A stretch of DNA of 64,000 nucleotides from Microgenomates group bacterium RBG_16_45_19 (GTDB taxonomy: Bacteria; Patescibacteriota; Microgenomatia; UBA1400; RBG-16-45-19). Positions within the stretch are counted from its first letter, which is position 1. Each line of letters starts with the position of its first letter. Made by a program: the position numbers and the translations under genes. The stretch is taken from NCBI GenBank assembly GCA_001803415.1, contig MHDC01000040.1:21869-85868 (forward strand), written 5' to 3'. Under the pieces are notes generated by a model. The model did no database searches and was not told the DNA's origin. It saw only the letters and a program-made list of their open reading frames with translations. Below are positions 55,253-64,000 of this stretch, in pieces.

Positions 55253-57276
55253 AAATCAACATAGATCTGGTTCAATCCCCACGGCAGCTCCGCCACTCCT
55301 TGAAGCCTCGATACCGCTTCACCAGCCGTTACCTTACTTGGGTCCAAAGCTAAGCTCAGCCGATATTCCCGTTTGGCTAAAGCTGGCCAACCGGCTGTCT
55401 CTAAAACCTGACCTAAGTTAAATCGGAAGTTAGCCATTCTGGGCTCTAACATCACCGCCCACCAGGCATTTCGCAACCGGCAGGCCGTTGCTTGGTCACC
55501 GGTACACCGCTCCATCGCCTTTATCAGACTTAGACCACCTTGACAAATGCCTGACCCATCTTCACTGGTCGTCTGTTGTTCATACCAGGCTTGACGCCAA
55601 CGCTGGACTAAATTCTCGCCTGGAAATAAAGCCTCGGTTACCTCAGGCATAGAGCTAACTTCTAGAAGACAGTCTAACCGTTGCCAAATATTTCCACTTT
55701 GAGGCAGAAACACACCTTGCCCCAAGCCTAGGAAATCACGATAATAAGGCGTTAACTCGGCCACATAGCTTGGCCTTCCATTCTCTCTAGCCCAGCTGAT
55801 CGCCTCCCCAATCCGAAACGGATTATCCGGGTACCCAATTACGCCAACCTCAGTCCCGGAGACTAAATAAGGACTAGCCGTCACCACCCTTAGATCCTGA
55901 CGTTCCTCTAAAACTTCATTGACATACCATAAACTGAAACAGGTCGCATCCCCTAAACAAATCACCACGGACTCCGGTGGTAGCTGGTCAATAGCCGTCT
56001 TCATCACCGGCCACCACTGGCTCTGGGTAACTTGTCTAATCTGCTCTAAATTACCCGGAAAAATCGCCAGCCACCACATAACGGACAATCCCAATAAAAC
56101 TATCCCCCAGCTTGATCGCTGGCGATTGGCGAGGCTAATAGTATAGGCCGCCCAAAAACCCAGCCACATTAAACCTGGGACATACATCCTGAGGTTAATT
56201 AACCGATCGCCTAAATTAGTTAACTCACTCCCGTCGGTTAGACTCACTGCCAAATAACCACCCACCCCCAAGGTCAATGTCAAAGTCAAAACCAGTAAGC
56301 CCATAAACCAAGTTTTTGGCCAGGTTTTGGCCCCTAAAACCAAGCCCACCAAGGCTAAACCGATGGCTCCCCAGCTCAAATTTTCGACCACCTCGCTAAA
56401 AAAATATCGATAGGCTAAACTCCAAAACTCTTTAAACTTAACCGCCGTCACATAGGTGGTTTGATTGAGGCCGGTCTCGACTCTCAAACCGCCGTAGATA
56501 TCCCGGAAAAAATAAGCCCCCAAGCCTTTGATCCCCGGTGCCCTTAACCAGTGCCAATCCATCGGCGCGGCGGTTAACCAATCCAGCCACCACCATTGAG
56601 CCAAAATCACTAGCAACCAGAGGCCTAAGGCTCGAACCGGAGTCGAGATTTGTCCCTGGCGCCACCATTGTTTGACCAACGGCCCCATCAAAATGACTAA
56701 CCCCGGCACCCACCACCAGCTTAACTGATGATGCATCACCATTAAACCTAAAGTTAAGGCTAAACCATACCAATTCCCGGCCTCTTTCGGTTTGAGGTAC
56801 AACTGACCGATAAACACTAAACTTCCTAAAGCCAATAATAAAGACCAACCCACCACTTCCATGACCACCCCCTGTAACCAAATGGGCACCATACTAAAAA
56901 CCATGATCGTTCCCCAAGCCACCGCCAAGTGATTCATTATTGGTAAACCGGCTTTACCCCCTCGGCTTAATTTAAGACTTTGGTTAAACACCATCCAAAA
57001 ACCGCAACCAGCCAAGGCCATCATTAAGGCTGCTAAGAGATTGACTTGATGCACCGGAGCTAGGGGTAGGGGCAAATGGCTGGTTAAAAAAATTAATCCC
57101 ACCAAGACTGGATAACCCGGTGGATGAGCCGCTTTTAAACCGTAGCCGGCCGCCATCAATTCATCGGCATCAGTTAAACCAGTTGGCGTTGTCGCCGCCG
57201 TCAGAGCATACCAACCAAAGAGCCAAACGAACACTAATCCACCCCAAAAAACCTGATGCCGGTAAAAGCGCTTCAT
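55249..57276 (-). CDS. DUF2723/TMEM260-like GT-C membrane glycosyltransferase with C-terminal TPR
   Basis: DADELMAAGYGLKAAHPPGYP, EV and HHQ motifs, multiple TM helices, TPR-like FNLGQVLE...EYRLSLALDP. Confidence 0.85.
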   Translation of the reverse strand: MKRFYRHQVFWGGLVFVWLFGWYALTAATTPTGLTDADELMAAGYGLKAAHPPGYPVLVGLIFLTSHLPLPLAPVHQVNLLAALMMALAGCGFWMVFNQSLKLSRGGKAGLPIMNHLAVAWGTIMVFSMVPIWLQGVVMEVVGWSLLLALGSLVFIGQLYLKPKEAGNWYGLALTLGLMVMHHQLSWWWVPGLVILMGPLVKQWWRQGQISTPVRALGLWLLVILAQWWWLDWLTAAPMDWHWLRAPGIKGLGAYFFRDIYGGLRVETGLNQTTYVTAVKFKEFWSLAYRYFFSEVVENLSWGAIGLALVGLVLGAKTWPKTWFMGLLVLTLTLTLGVGGYLAVSLTDGSELTNLGDRLINLRMYVPGLMWLGFWAAYTISLANRQRSSWGIVLLGLSVMWWLAIFPGNLEQIRQVTQSQWWPVMKTAIDQLPPESVVICLGDATCFSLWYVNEVLEERQDLRVVTASPYLVSGTEVGVIGYPDNPFRIGEAISWARENGRPSYVAELTPYYRDFLGLGQGVFLPQSGNIWQRLDCLLEVSSMPEVTEALFPGENLVQRWRQAWYEQQTTSEDGSGICQGGLSLIKAMERCTGDQATACRLRNAWWAVMLEPRMANFRFNLGQVLETAGWPALAKREYRLSLALDPSKVTAGEAVSRLQGVAELPWGLNQIYVDF

Positions 57277-57278
57277 GC

Positions 57279-59459
57279 CTACTCCTGGGCAGGCTGGTGG
57301 TAATAATGCTCCAGACTTAAGGCGATTATTTTGGCTTTATTACGATTGACTACGGCCGGCAACGGTAAACTTAAACCGGTAAACGGTTCACTGGTTAAAC
57401 CGTCAATGGCTAACTTGAGCAGCAATTCATACTTGCCTAAAGCCACCATTTCCGCGGCCGTCACCTTACCCCCAAATTCCTTCTCTAGTAAGGCGGCATC
57501 CCGGGCACCGACGACAAAAGCCATGGTTGAACCGACATTGCCGAAAATGGCTTTTTGGATCTCTTCATCCACCTGACCGATATATTGGTTGGCCAACACC
57601 AAATTGAGACGGTATTTTCGAGCTTCCGATAAAATCTTAATAAATGAATGAGTCGCAAAATTTTGAAACTCGTCCACATAGAGGTAGAAATCCTGCCGCT
57701 GCTCTTCGGGTAAGTGTACTCGCCTCATCGCTGTCAACTGGATCTTGGTAATAAACATCGCCCCCAGCAATGCAGTGGTATCCTCGCCCAGTTTTCCTTG
57801 AGCCAAGTTTAACAGCAGGATCTTTTTCTGATTCATGACCGTTTCCAAGGAAAAGGTTGACTTCCGACTACCCACGATTTGTCTAATCCGTCTGGAAGAA
57901 ATAAACTGGCCCACTTTATTTAAAATGGGGGAAATGGCTTCAACTCTCAGCCTATCATTCATCCGGGCAAACTCATCTTCCCAAAAGGCTGCGATCACCG
58001 GATCCTTCCCCTTTATTTTCGCTACCACTCTTTGGCGGAAGGCCTCGTTGGTCAACAGTTTCACGATATCCGCAAACGTGGCTTCCTCATAATATAGCAA
58101 GGTCAATATGGCGTTGCGTAATATATATTCCAGTCTCGGTCCCCAAGAATGGGCATATAATTTATAAAACACCGAAATGATGCCTGAAGCCACCACGTCG
58201 GTATGATCTTGGCCTTCGGCATCAAACAGATTCAAGGCAAAAGCTTTTTCCTCACTTAAAGTCGGATCCAGATAAACCACGTCATTTAACCGACGTTTGG
58301 GAATATATTCCAAGATCATCTGGGATAAATCCCCGTGGGGATCAATCACCGCCACCCCCTCACCGTGTCTGATATCATTGATAGCCATGTTAGCGATCAG
58401 AGTCGATTTCCCTGCGCCAGTTTTGCCGATCAGGTACAAATGTTTCCGCCGGTCATCTCTTTTGATCCCAAAATTTACTCGTTGGTTATGCCATTCGGTC
58501 TGTCCAAAAAAATTAATCTCGGCTTTTACCATTACTTCCATTCCCGGCAGATTCACCGGTAAATTATCCGGGGCTTCAGTCAACATGGTCCGGCCCCAAT
58601 CAATGGCCTTGATCCCGGCCAACTTTTCATCGGGTAAATGCCATAAAGACGCCGTCTCATGCAAATTTAGGATCAAACCTTTTTGAGTCCGGCTCAACCG
58701 TCTTTGGCCGACAGCTCGCCACCAGCGTCGCTTATACCAAGTACTCACTCTTGACCAAGTCAAACTGTTACCTTCTGCCAAAGAGTAAACACCATATAAC
58801 CCCGCTATCTCAGCCAAGTTGGCTTGCGCTTGCTCTCCCGTAGCGGCGGTGCTTAATAACCTGAGCTGTCCAGCCAATAGTGGTGCCGCTAATTTCTCCT
58901 GATACAAACGACTGTAAGGACTAGCTGTTTCAGTCCCACGGTCATTAAGTTGGCGCATCGCCCCGCGAATCACCCGTTCTAATTTACCTTGGGGTGGCAC
59001 TTTAACTACCAGCTGAATGCCGACACTCTCCCCAGCTTTTAATTTAGCCAAATAACCTAAAATCGTGGCTAACGGTGGCAATTCCTTGGTTTCCCGGTAG
59101 GTTTTTAAGGGTAGGGGATAGACTTGCTGCAAATTTAAATAGCCGCCGACGCTGACTCCCGATCGGTACAATCGGTCTAAGGGGTCAGTCTCGACCTGAC
59201 TGATCAAGGTTCTGGGGTAATAACTGGTGATTTGGGTCCCTAAATATTTCACCACCGCTTGAGGAGCCGTCAGATAAAACTGACTTTTTTGGTCTATCGA
59301 AAAGATTTCCAGCGCTAGTTCCGGAGCCTTTTGACCCCAAAGTCGCTGCCACCGGCTGCGTCGCCCTAAAGCCAGAAAAGCGCCTAAAACTCCCGTCATT
59401 ACTTCAGGTGAAATGATTCGGGTCTTGTCCGGTTGGCACCTGATACTCACCAGAGTCAT
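57279..59459 (-). CDS. VirD4/TraG/HerA-like P-loop ATPase
   Basis: HLYLIGKTGAGKS, IDPHGD, LYVDEFQNF and SEARKYRL..ANQY. Likely ATG at 59459 (track start 59477). Confidence 0.9.
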   Translation of the reverse strand: MTLVSIRCQPDKTRIISPEVMTGVLGAFLALGRRSRWQRLWGQKAPELALEIFSIDQKSQFYLTAPQAVVKYLGTQITSYYPRTLISQVETDPLDRLYRSGVSVGGYLNLQQVYPLPLKTYRETKELPPLATILGYLAKLKAGESVGIQLVVKVPPQGKLERVIRGAMRQLNDRGTETASPYSRLYQEKLAAPLLAGQLRLLSTAATGEQAQANLAEIAGLYGVYSLAEGNSLTWSRVSTWYKRRWWRAVGQRRLSRTQKGLILNLHETASLWHLPDEKLAGIKAIDWGRTMLTEAPDNLPVNLPGMEVMVKAEINFFGQTEWHNQRVNFGIKRDDRRKHLYLIGKTGAGKSTLIANMAINDIRHGEGVAVIDPHGDLSQMILEYIPKRRLNDVVYLDPTLSEEKAFALNLFDAEGQDHTDVVASGIISVFYKLYAHSWGPRLEYILRNAILTLLYYEEATFADIVKLLTNEAFRQRVVAKIKGKDPVIAAFWEDEFARMNDRLRVEAISPILNKVGQFISSRRIRQIVGSRKSTFSLETVMNQKKILLLNLAQGKLGEDTTALLGAMFITKIQLTAMRRVHLPEEQRQDFYLYVDEFQNFATHSFIKILSEARKYRLNLVLANQYIGQVDEEIQKAIFGNVGSTMAFVVGARDAALLEKEFGGKVTAAEMVALGKYELLLKLAIDGLTSEPFTGLSLPLPAVVNRNKAKIIALSLEHYYHQPAQE

Positions 59460-59548
59460 ATATTTTTCAGTATACACCTCAGCGATTGATCAATAAAAAT
59501 TGTATTCAAAAACTTAAAAAGTTGGCAATACCTCTGGAGAATGCCCTC

Positions 59549-59628
59549 TTGACAGCCGGAGCTTAACCTGCCTAAGATAGACTAAGTTAAGAAAATGTTA
59601 AGAAATCACCTTACAAAGGAGGAGGTGA
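59549..59628 (+). promoter_or_regulatory. Strong promoter and SD of the 369-aa secreted protein
   Basis: TTGACA, 18-bp spacer, TAAGAT. GTTAAGAAA twice at 11-bp period. AAAGGAGGAGGTGA. Confidence 0.7.
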
Positions 59629-59631
59629 AAT

Positions 59632-60741
59632 ATGATTAAGTTACTGCCCAAACTAATCGGGAGCTTTGTCTCCATTTTCGGTCTAGCTTTATTGGTCTCA
59701 CCGGTATTTGCCGGGACTTTGACTAATATCAGCGTCGACTTAAGTAATCCAGAACAAGGTGAGAATACCTATCATACCGTTTCCTTTAAAACCGACACCG
59801 CCGCCAGTTTAAAGTATATTACCATGGACTATTGTAAAACTCCCTCCGGTAACTGCGTCGCTCCCACTAACTTGGATACTTTAAGTGCCGACAAGGGGAC
59901 TCTAACCGGTTTCACCGACAGCGGCAACTGGACTTTAGATGTGGCCGACGATGATAATCCGGCCTTGGAACACTCGACTGGTACCGAGTCGGTCTCTGCG
60001 GATACCCAGTTGACCATTGAGATGCAGGACGTTGACAACAACAGTATTGCCGGCGGAGCCGCTGACTGTTTAAACGATGGTGAATCGTCCAGCGACACTT
60101 GTTATATCCGCTTTACTACCAAAAATGGATCGGATGCCCAAGTTGATATTGGCACCGGTTCTTATACCGTGGTAACCGGCGTCACCGTCACTGCTACTGT
60201 TGATCCGAGCTTTACCTTTGTGGTGTCCGGTCAAAATACGGGTGCAGTCAATAACGGTATCACCGCCTCGGTCAATTCCACCTACAACACTTTACCCTTC
60301 GGTAACTTGTCGGTCGGTACCCCTAAGTACGCTGCTCATAAATTAAACGTCACCACCAACACTCAAAACGGCTACTATATCTACATGCGGATGGATAACC
60401 AGATGACTGGTGTCTACTCTTCCAATAACATCGACCCCTTCGGGGCACCCTCAGCTGCTTGGAATAATCCAGTGGCTTGGGTTGAACCTACTGGGGCTAC
60501 TCCCAATGACAACACCGGTTGGATCGGGGCCAACACTACCGATACCGACGTTCCCAACTGGGCTAGCGCTTCCGAGCTCTTCGGACCGGTTAATGCTACC
60601 GATAACGCGGTCATGACCAAAGCTACCGCTGACAATGGTACTTACTCGGTTTATGTTACCTACGCCCTTGAGTCTAACGTTTTTCAACCCGCCGATACCT
60701 ACACTGGGACGGTGCTCTATACCGCCACACCCACCTACTAA
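59632..60741 (+). CDS. Secreted Thr/Asn/Asp-rich beta protein (candidate major surface or pilin-like subunit)
   Basis: Signal peptide (..PVFA-G), paired Cys residues and C-terminal YTGTVLYTATPTY. Confidence 0.85.
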   Translation: MIKLLPKLIGSFVSIFGLALLVSPVFAGTLTNISVDLSNPEQGENTYHTVSFKTDTAASLKYITMDYCKTPSGNCVAPTNLDTLSADKGTLTGFTDSGNWTLDVADDDNPALEHSTGTESVSADTQLTIEMQDVDNNSIAGGAADCLNDGESSSDTCYIRFTTKNGSDAQVDIGTGSYTVVTGVTVTATVDPSFTFVVSGQNTGAVNNGITASVNSTYNTLPFGNLSVGTPKYAAHKLNVTTNTQNGYYIYMRMDNQMTGVYSSNNIDPFGAPSAAWNNPVAWVEPTGATPNDNTGWIGANTTDTDVPNWASASELFGPVNATDNAVMTKATADNGTYSVYVTYALESNVFQPADTYTGTVLYTATPTY

Positions 60742-60763
60742 ACTTAGCCTCATCTAACCCACC

Positions 60764-60790
60764 AACGCCCCGGAATCGGGGCGTTTTTGT
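60764..60790 (+). terminator. Rho-independent terminator
   Basis: AACGCCCCG-GAAT-CGGGGCGTT followed by TTTGT. Confidence 0.85.
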
Positions 60791-60827
60791 CTTGGCAAAA
60801 TTTACTCAACTTGACTATAATTAGTCT

Positions 60828-62597
60828 ATGCTTGGCCGTCTGCTCCTCTTACTTATCTGTCTATTCCTCTGCCTTTACCGACCAACTTTAGTCCGAGCCG
60901 ATTTTACCGCCAAGCTCTCCCAGCAAATTAACCTTATTGATCAAGAATATTCCACCGACGGCAGTACCCAACCCACCGACAATGGCCTGGGTTTAATTTT
61001 CTGGGATGACGACCGTTACACTACTCCGACCGTTTATTTTGAAGCCATTATTCGCTGTGACGCCTGCTCCGGCGGCAACAATCAGGTGACGGCGGCACTC
61101 TATACCGTCGGTGGTGCCGCTGTCTCTGGCGCTGACGTCTCTTATGATCAATCCGGTTATACCCGAGTCCGTACCGCTTCGGCCGTTTCCCTAACCGACG
61201 ATCAAGAATATACCGTCCGCTTAAGTCGCGATGCCGATACCGGTACGGCCTATATCAAGACCGCCCGCCTAATCATCAACCAGAACAGCACCAACCTCAC
61301 CGCCACCCAGACTCAAGTGGAAATCGGTAATGCCGACACCACCACCGCCACCAGTTATGAAATTATGACCGCCCCTAAAATCTTCCGCTTCGACGACGAC
61401 GTTTACGACCCCCTAACCGCCGTTTACTTTGAAGCCACCTTAGTTGGATCAGACGGCAGCGCCACTGCCTATGCCTCGCTCTCCGCCGCCAGCGACTGTG
61501 CCAGCACCGTCACCGATTCTGAAGTCTCGGTCACCGGCACTACTTGGGATCGAGTCAGAACCAATGATCTAAAAGCCAACCTCAGCGATGACACTGACTA
61601 CTGGGTCTGTCTCAAAACTACCAGCGGTGATACCGGCTCGATGGCTACCGCTAAATTAGCTATCAACCAGTCTGATACCGACGGCTTGATGCGGGTTCAA
61701 CTATATCACCACTTTAATCAAACCTTGGCCACCGACGCCGACACCACCTATACCAGCCAGGACTATCCCAATGAATACGATCCCTCCCTTTTTGAGGCCG
61801 ATGAGTTGGCGGTTTACCTGGAACTTAGCCTTAGTACCTCAGCCGGTACCGGTTATGGCCGCCTCTATAATGTCAGCGATAACACTGCCCTTACCAGTAC
61901 CGAACTCACCTCCGATACTCCCGGCTTCACCCGTGTCCGGTCGTCAAGTCCCATCAATACCTCACTTCCGGCCGAAGCTAAAGACTTGGATCTCCAGCTT
62001 AAAAATTCGGCTACCAATACTACCAGCGCCACCACTGGTTGGTTAATTCTCGATGTCATCCGTTACCCCGACCCGGAGTTGAGTTTTGCTTGGACCGGCG
62101 TCGCCGCCTCTCAGACTCATAACGGCATTACTACTTCAATTGAGAGTACTATTTCCACTTTACCCTTTGACCTGCTCGCCCCCGGGACTCCCAAATATGC
62201 CGCCCATGCCTTAACCGCCGCCACTAACGCCGCTTCCGGCTATGCGGTCACTCTCAAGTTAACCAATTATCTTCAAGGTAATTATCCGGCTAATAACATC
62301 GACCCTTTCTCCGCCACCTGGTCCAGCCCGCAAACCTGGTCGTCACCCACTGGCACCACCGCTAACGATAATACTGGTTGGATTGGAGCCAATACCTCAG
62401 ACACCCGCCTGCCGGCATGGAGTGACGCCGCCGCCAAGTTCGCTGGCTTGGGTGGGTCCGAATACACCGTCATGGCGGCTTCGGGTGTTGACAGCGGTAC
62501 CACTATCTATGTCTCTTATGCTCTAGAAGTCAATGTGGTCCAGCCCCCAGACGAGTATTCTGGCAGTCTTCTCTATAACCTCCTCCCGACTTACTAG
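60828..62597 (+). CDS. Secreted protein with three internal repeats and a C-terminal domain paralogous to 59632-60741
   Basis: Signal peptide. Repeats carry VYFEA..RVRT..ARLIINQ. Shared TPKYAAH, NNIDPF, NDNTGWIGANT and PTY-stop. Confidence 0.85.
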   Translation: MLGRLLLLLICLFLCLYRPTLVRADFTAKLSQQINLIDQEYSTDGSTQPTDNGLGLIFWDDDRYTTPTVYFEAIIRCDACSGGNNQVTAALYTVGGAAVSGADVSYDQSGYTRVRTASAVSLTDDQEYTVRLSRDADTGTAYIKTARLIINQNSTNLTATQTQVEIGNADTTTATSYEIMTAPKIFRFDDDVYDPLTAVYFEATLVGSDGSATAYASLSAASDCASTVTDSEVSVTGTTWDRVRTNDLKANLSDDTDYWVCLKTTSGDTGSMATAKLAINQSDTDGLMRVQLYHHFNQTLATDADTTYTSQDYPNEYDPSLFEADELAVYLELSLSTSAGTGYGRLYNVSDNTALTSTELTSDTPGFTRVRSSSPINTSLPAEAKDLDLQLKNSATNTTSATTGWLILDVIRYPDPELSFAWTGVAASQTHNGITTSIESTISTLPFDLLAPGTPKYAAHALTAATNAASGYAVTLKLTNYLQGNYPANNIDPFSATWSSPQTWSSPTGTTANDNTGWIGANTSDTRLPAWSDAAAKFAGLGGSEYTVMAASGVDSGTTIYVSYALEVNVVQPPDEYSGSLLYNLLPTY

Positions 62598-62656
62598 CTT
62601 TTGAACTAGACAGGCTGAGCCACACTTGTTATTCTAAATGAGTAAAGGACCTGCCC

Positions 62657-64000
62657 ATGAGTCACTCACCGCCGCTTATTGCCTGGTTTAAAGATATCAG
62701 TAAGTCAGATTTACCTCTGGTTGGCGGTAAAGGCGCCAACTTAGGCGAAATGTTCTCGGCTCATATTCCCGTGCCTGATGGATTTTGTGTCACCGCGCCG
62801 GCCTATTACCAATTCCTCGAAGCCACCCAACTTCAAACTAAAATTAGAGCCATCCTTAAAGATTTAGACGTCAACCAAAATACCGCCCTCTTTACCGCCA
62901 GTCGTCGCATTAAACAGCTAATTGTCCAGGCGCCCATGCCTGAGGCTATCCAGGCTGCCATTATCGACCATTACCACCAATTCCCTCACCCCAATGAAGC
63001 AGTTGCCGTTCGTTCCTCGGCTACGGCTGAAGATTTACCTGATGCCTCCTTTGCCGGCCAGCAAGCTACCTATCTCAACATTCAAGGTGACGAGGCGGTC
63101 GTCAAGGCTGTCCAAAAATGTTGGGCTTCCCTATTTGAGGCTCGGGCTATTTTTTATCGCCAGGAAAAGGGCTTCAATCATTTTAAGGTCGGCATCGCCG
63201 TCCCCATCCAACGGATGGTTCAATCAGACGTTTCCGGGGTCATGTTTACCGTCAATCCGGTCAACAACGACCCCTTTATTATCATTGTCGAATCCGTGTA
63301 CGGCCTGGGTGAAATGATTGTTCAGGGCTCGGCTACGCCCGACCACTTTGAAGTCGATCGCCAAAAATGGACTATCCGCCACAAAGAAATCAGCCGCCAA
63401 ACGGCCCAGCTTACCCGAGTTTCCGGTCTGACCAAAGTCCGCCCGGTCCCGGTCAATAAGCAGTCTCGTCAAAAAGTTAGTGATGAGGTTATTCTCAAGG
63501 TCGCTAAACTCGGCCAGAAACTTCAAGATCATTACCACTTTCCCCAAGATATTGAATGGGCTTACGAAAACGGCGAAGTTTACATCGTCCAAACTCGGCC
63601 GATCACTACTATGACGGCGGTGGGCAAGAAGACCGACCAGGTCATTGGGGAAATTGCCGAAATCGTCGGCCTCCCCCCTAAAGCGCTGCTGTCTGGTTCA
63701 CCAGCTAGTCCGGGCATTGTCACCGGGGTTGTCAAAATTATCAAAGATCCTAAAGATAACGATTTGGTTGAGAAAGGTGACATTCTGGTTGCCCCCATGA
63801 CCACGCCGGATTTCGTCCCGGCCATGAAACGGGCGGTGGCGATTGTCACTGACCAGGGCGGCCAGACTTCCCATGCCGCCATTGTCTCTCGAGAACTGGG
63901 TGTCCCTTGTGTCGTCGGCACTCAAAACGCCACCAAAAAACTAAAAAATCACCAACTGATCACTGTTGATGCCAGTGCCGGGGTCGTTTATCCTGGTCGC
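62657..64000 (+). CDS. ppsA: Phosphoenolpyruvate synthase, 3'-truncated by the window edge (absent from the ORF track)
   Basis: MSHSPPLIAWF..VGGKGANLGEM, AVRSSATAEDLPDASFAGQQ, DIEWA and GGQTSHAAIVSRELG. Confidence 0.95.
   Translation, partial: MSHSPPLIAWFKDISKSDLPLVGGKGANLGEMFSAHIPVPDGFCVTAPAYYQFLEATQLQTKIRAILKDLDVNQNTALFTASRRIKQLIVQAPMPEAIQAAIIDHYHQFPHPNEAVAVRSSATAEDLPDASFAGQQATYLNIQGDEAVVKAVQKCWASLFEARAIFYRQEKGFNHFKVGIAVPIQRMVQSDVSGVMFTVNPVNNDPFIIIVESVYGLGEMIVQGSATPDHFEVDRQKWTIRHKEISRQTAQLTRVSGLTKVRPVPVNKQSRQKVSDEVILKVAKLGQKLQDHYHFPQDIEWAYENGEVYIVQTRPITTMTAVGKKTDQVIGEIAEIVGLPPKALLSGSPASPGIVTGVVKIIKDPKDNDLVEKGDILVAPMTTPDFVPAMKRAVAIVTDQGGQTSHAAIVSRELGVPCVVGTQNATKKLKNHQLITVDASAGVVYPGR

Noticed and set aside
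57279..59477. Integrative conjugative element
   Set aside because: No relaxase, VirB genes, integrase or att sites are visible in the window.

Overview
64 kb of a small-genome bacterium using standard code 11. The gene content, short intergenic regions and many apparently leaderless genes point to Patescibacteria/CPR, probably Microgenomates (inference). Bases 1-40,500 are mostly housekeeping: gatA-gatB, dnaE, pyrG, rplS, tRNA-Lys and tRNA-Glu, argS, a canonical H+-type F1Fo operon (atpBEFHAGDC), a sugar-phosphate/lower-glycolysis/acetate-fermentation block, and lexA with uvrB, uvrA and uvrC. An AT-richer insert at about 40.5-42.7 kb holds a tandem-ParB-like plus sigma4-like gene split by one in-frame TAG. 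The standout is a second, divergent F-type ATPase cluster (47,911-55,252). It has no a-subunit gene and a short epsilon. Its c-subunit is the C-terminal tail of a 656-aa secreted multi-Ig-like protein and lacks the ion-binding carboxylate, while the alpha and beta catalytic motifs are intact. This suggests an ion-uncoupled, ATP-driven rotor carrying an extracellular domain. It is flanked by two DUF2723/TMEM260-like glycosyltransferases, a VirD4/HerA-like ATPase and two paralogous secreted beta-rich proteins. The window ends in a partial ppsA. No CRISPR array, rRNA or transposase was seen. All family calls come from motif recognition by eye, not database searches.
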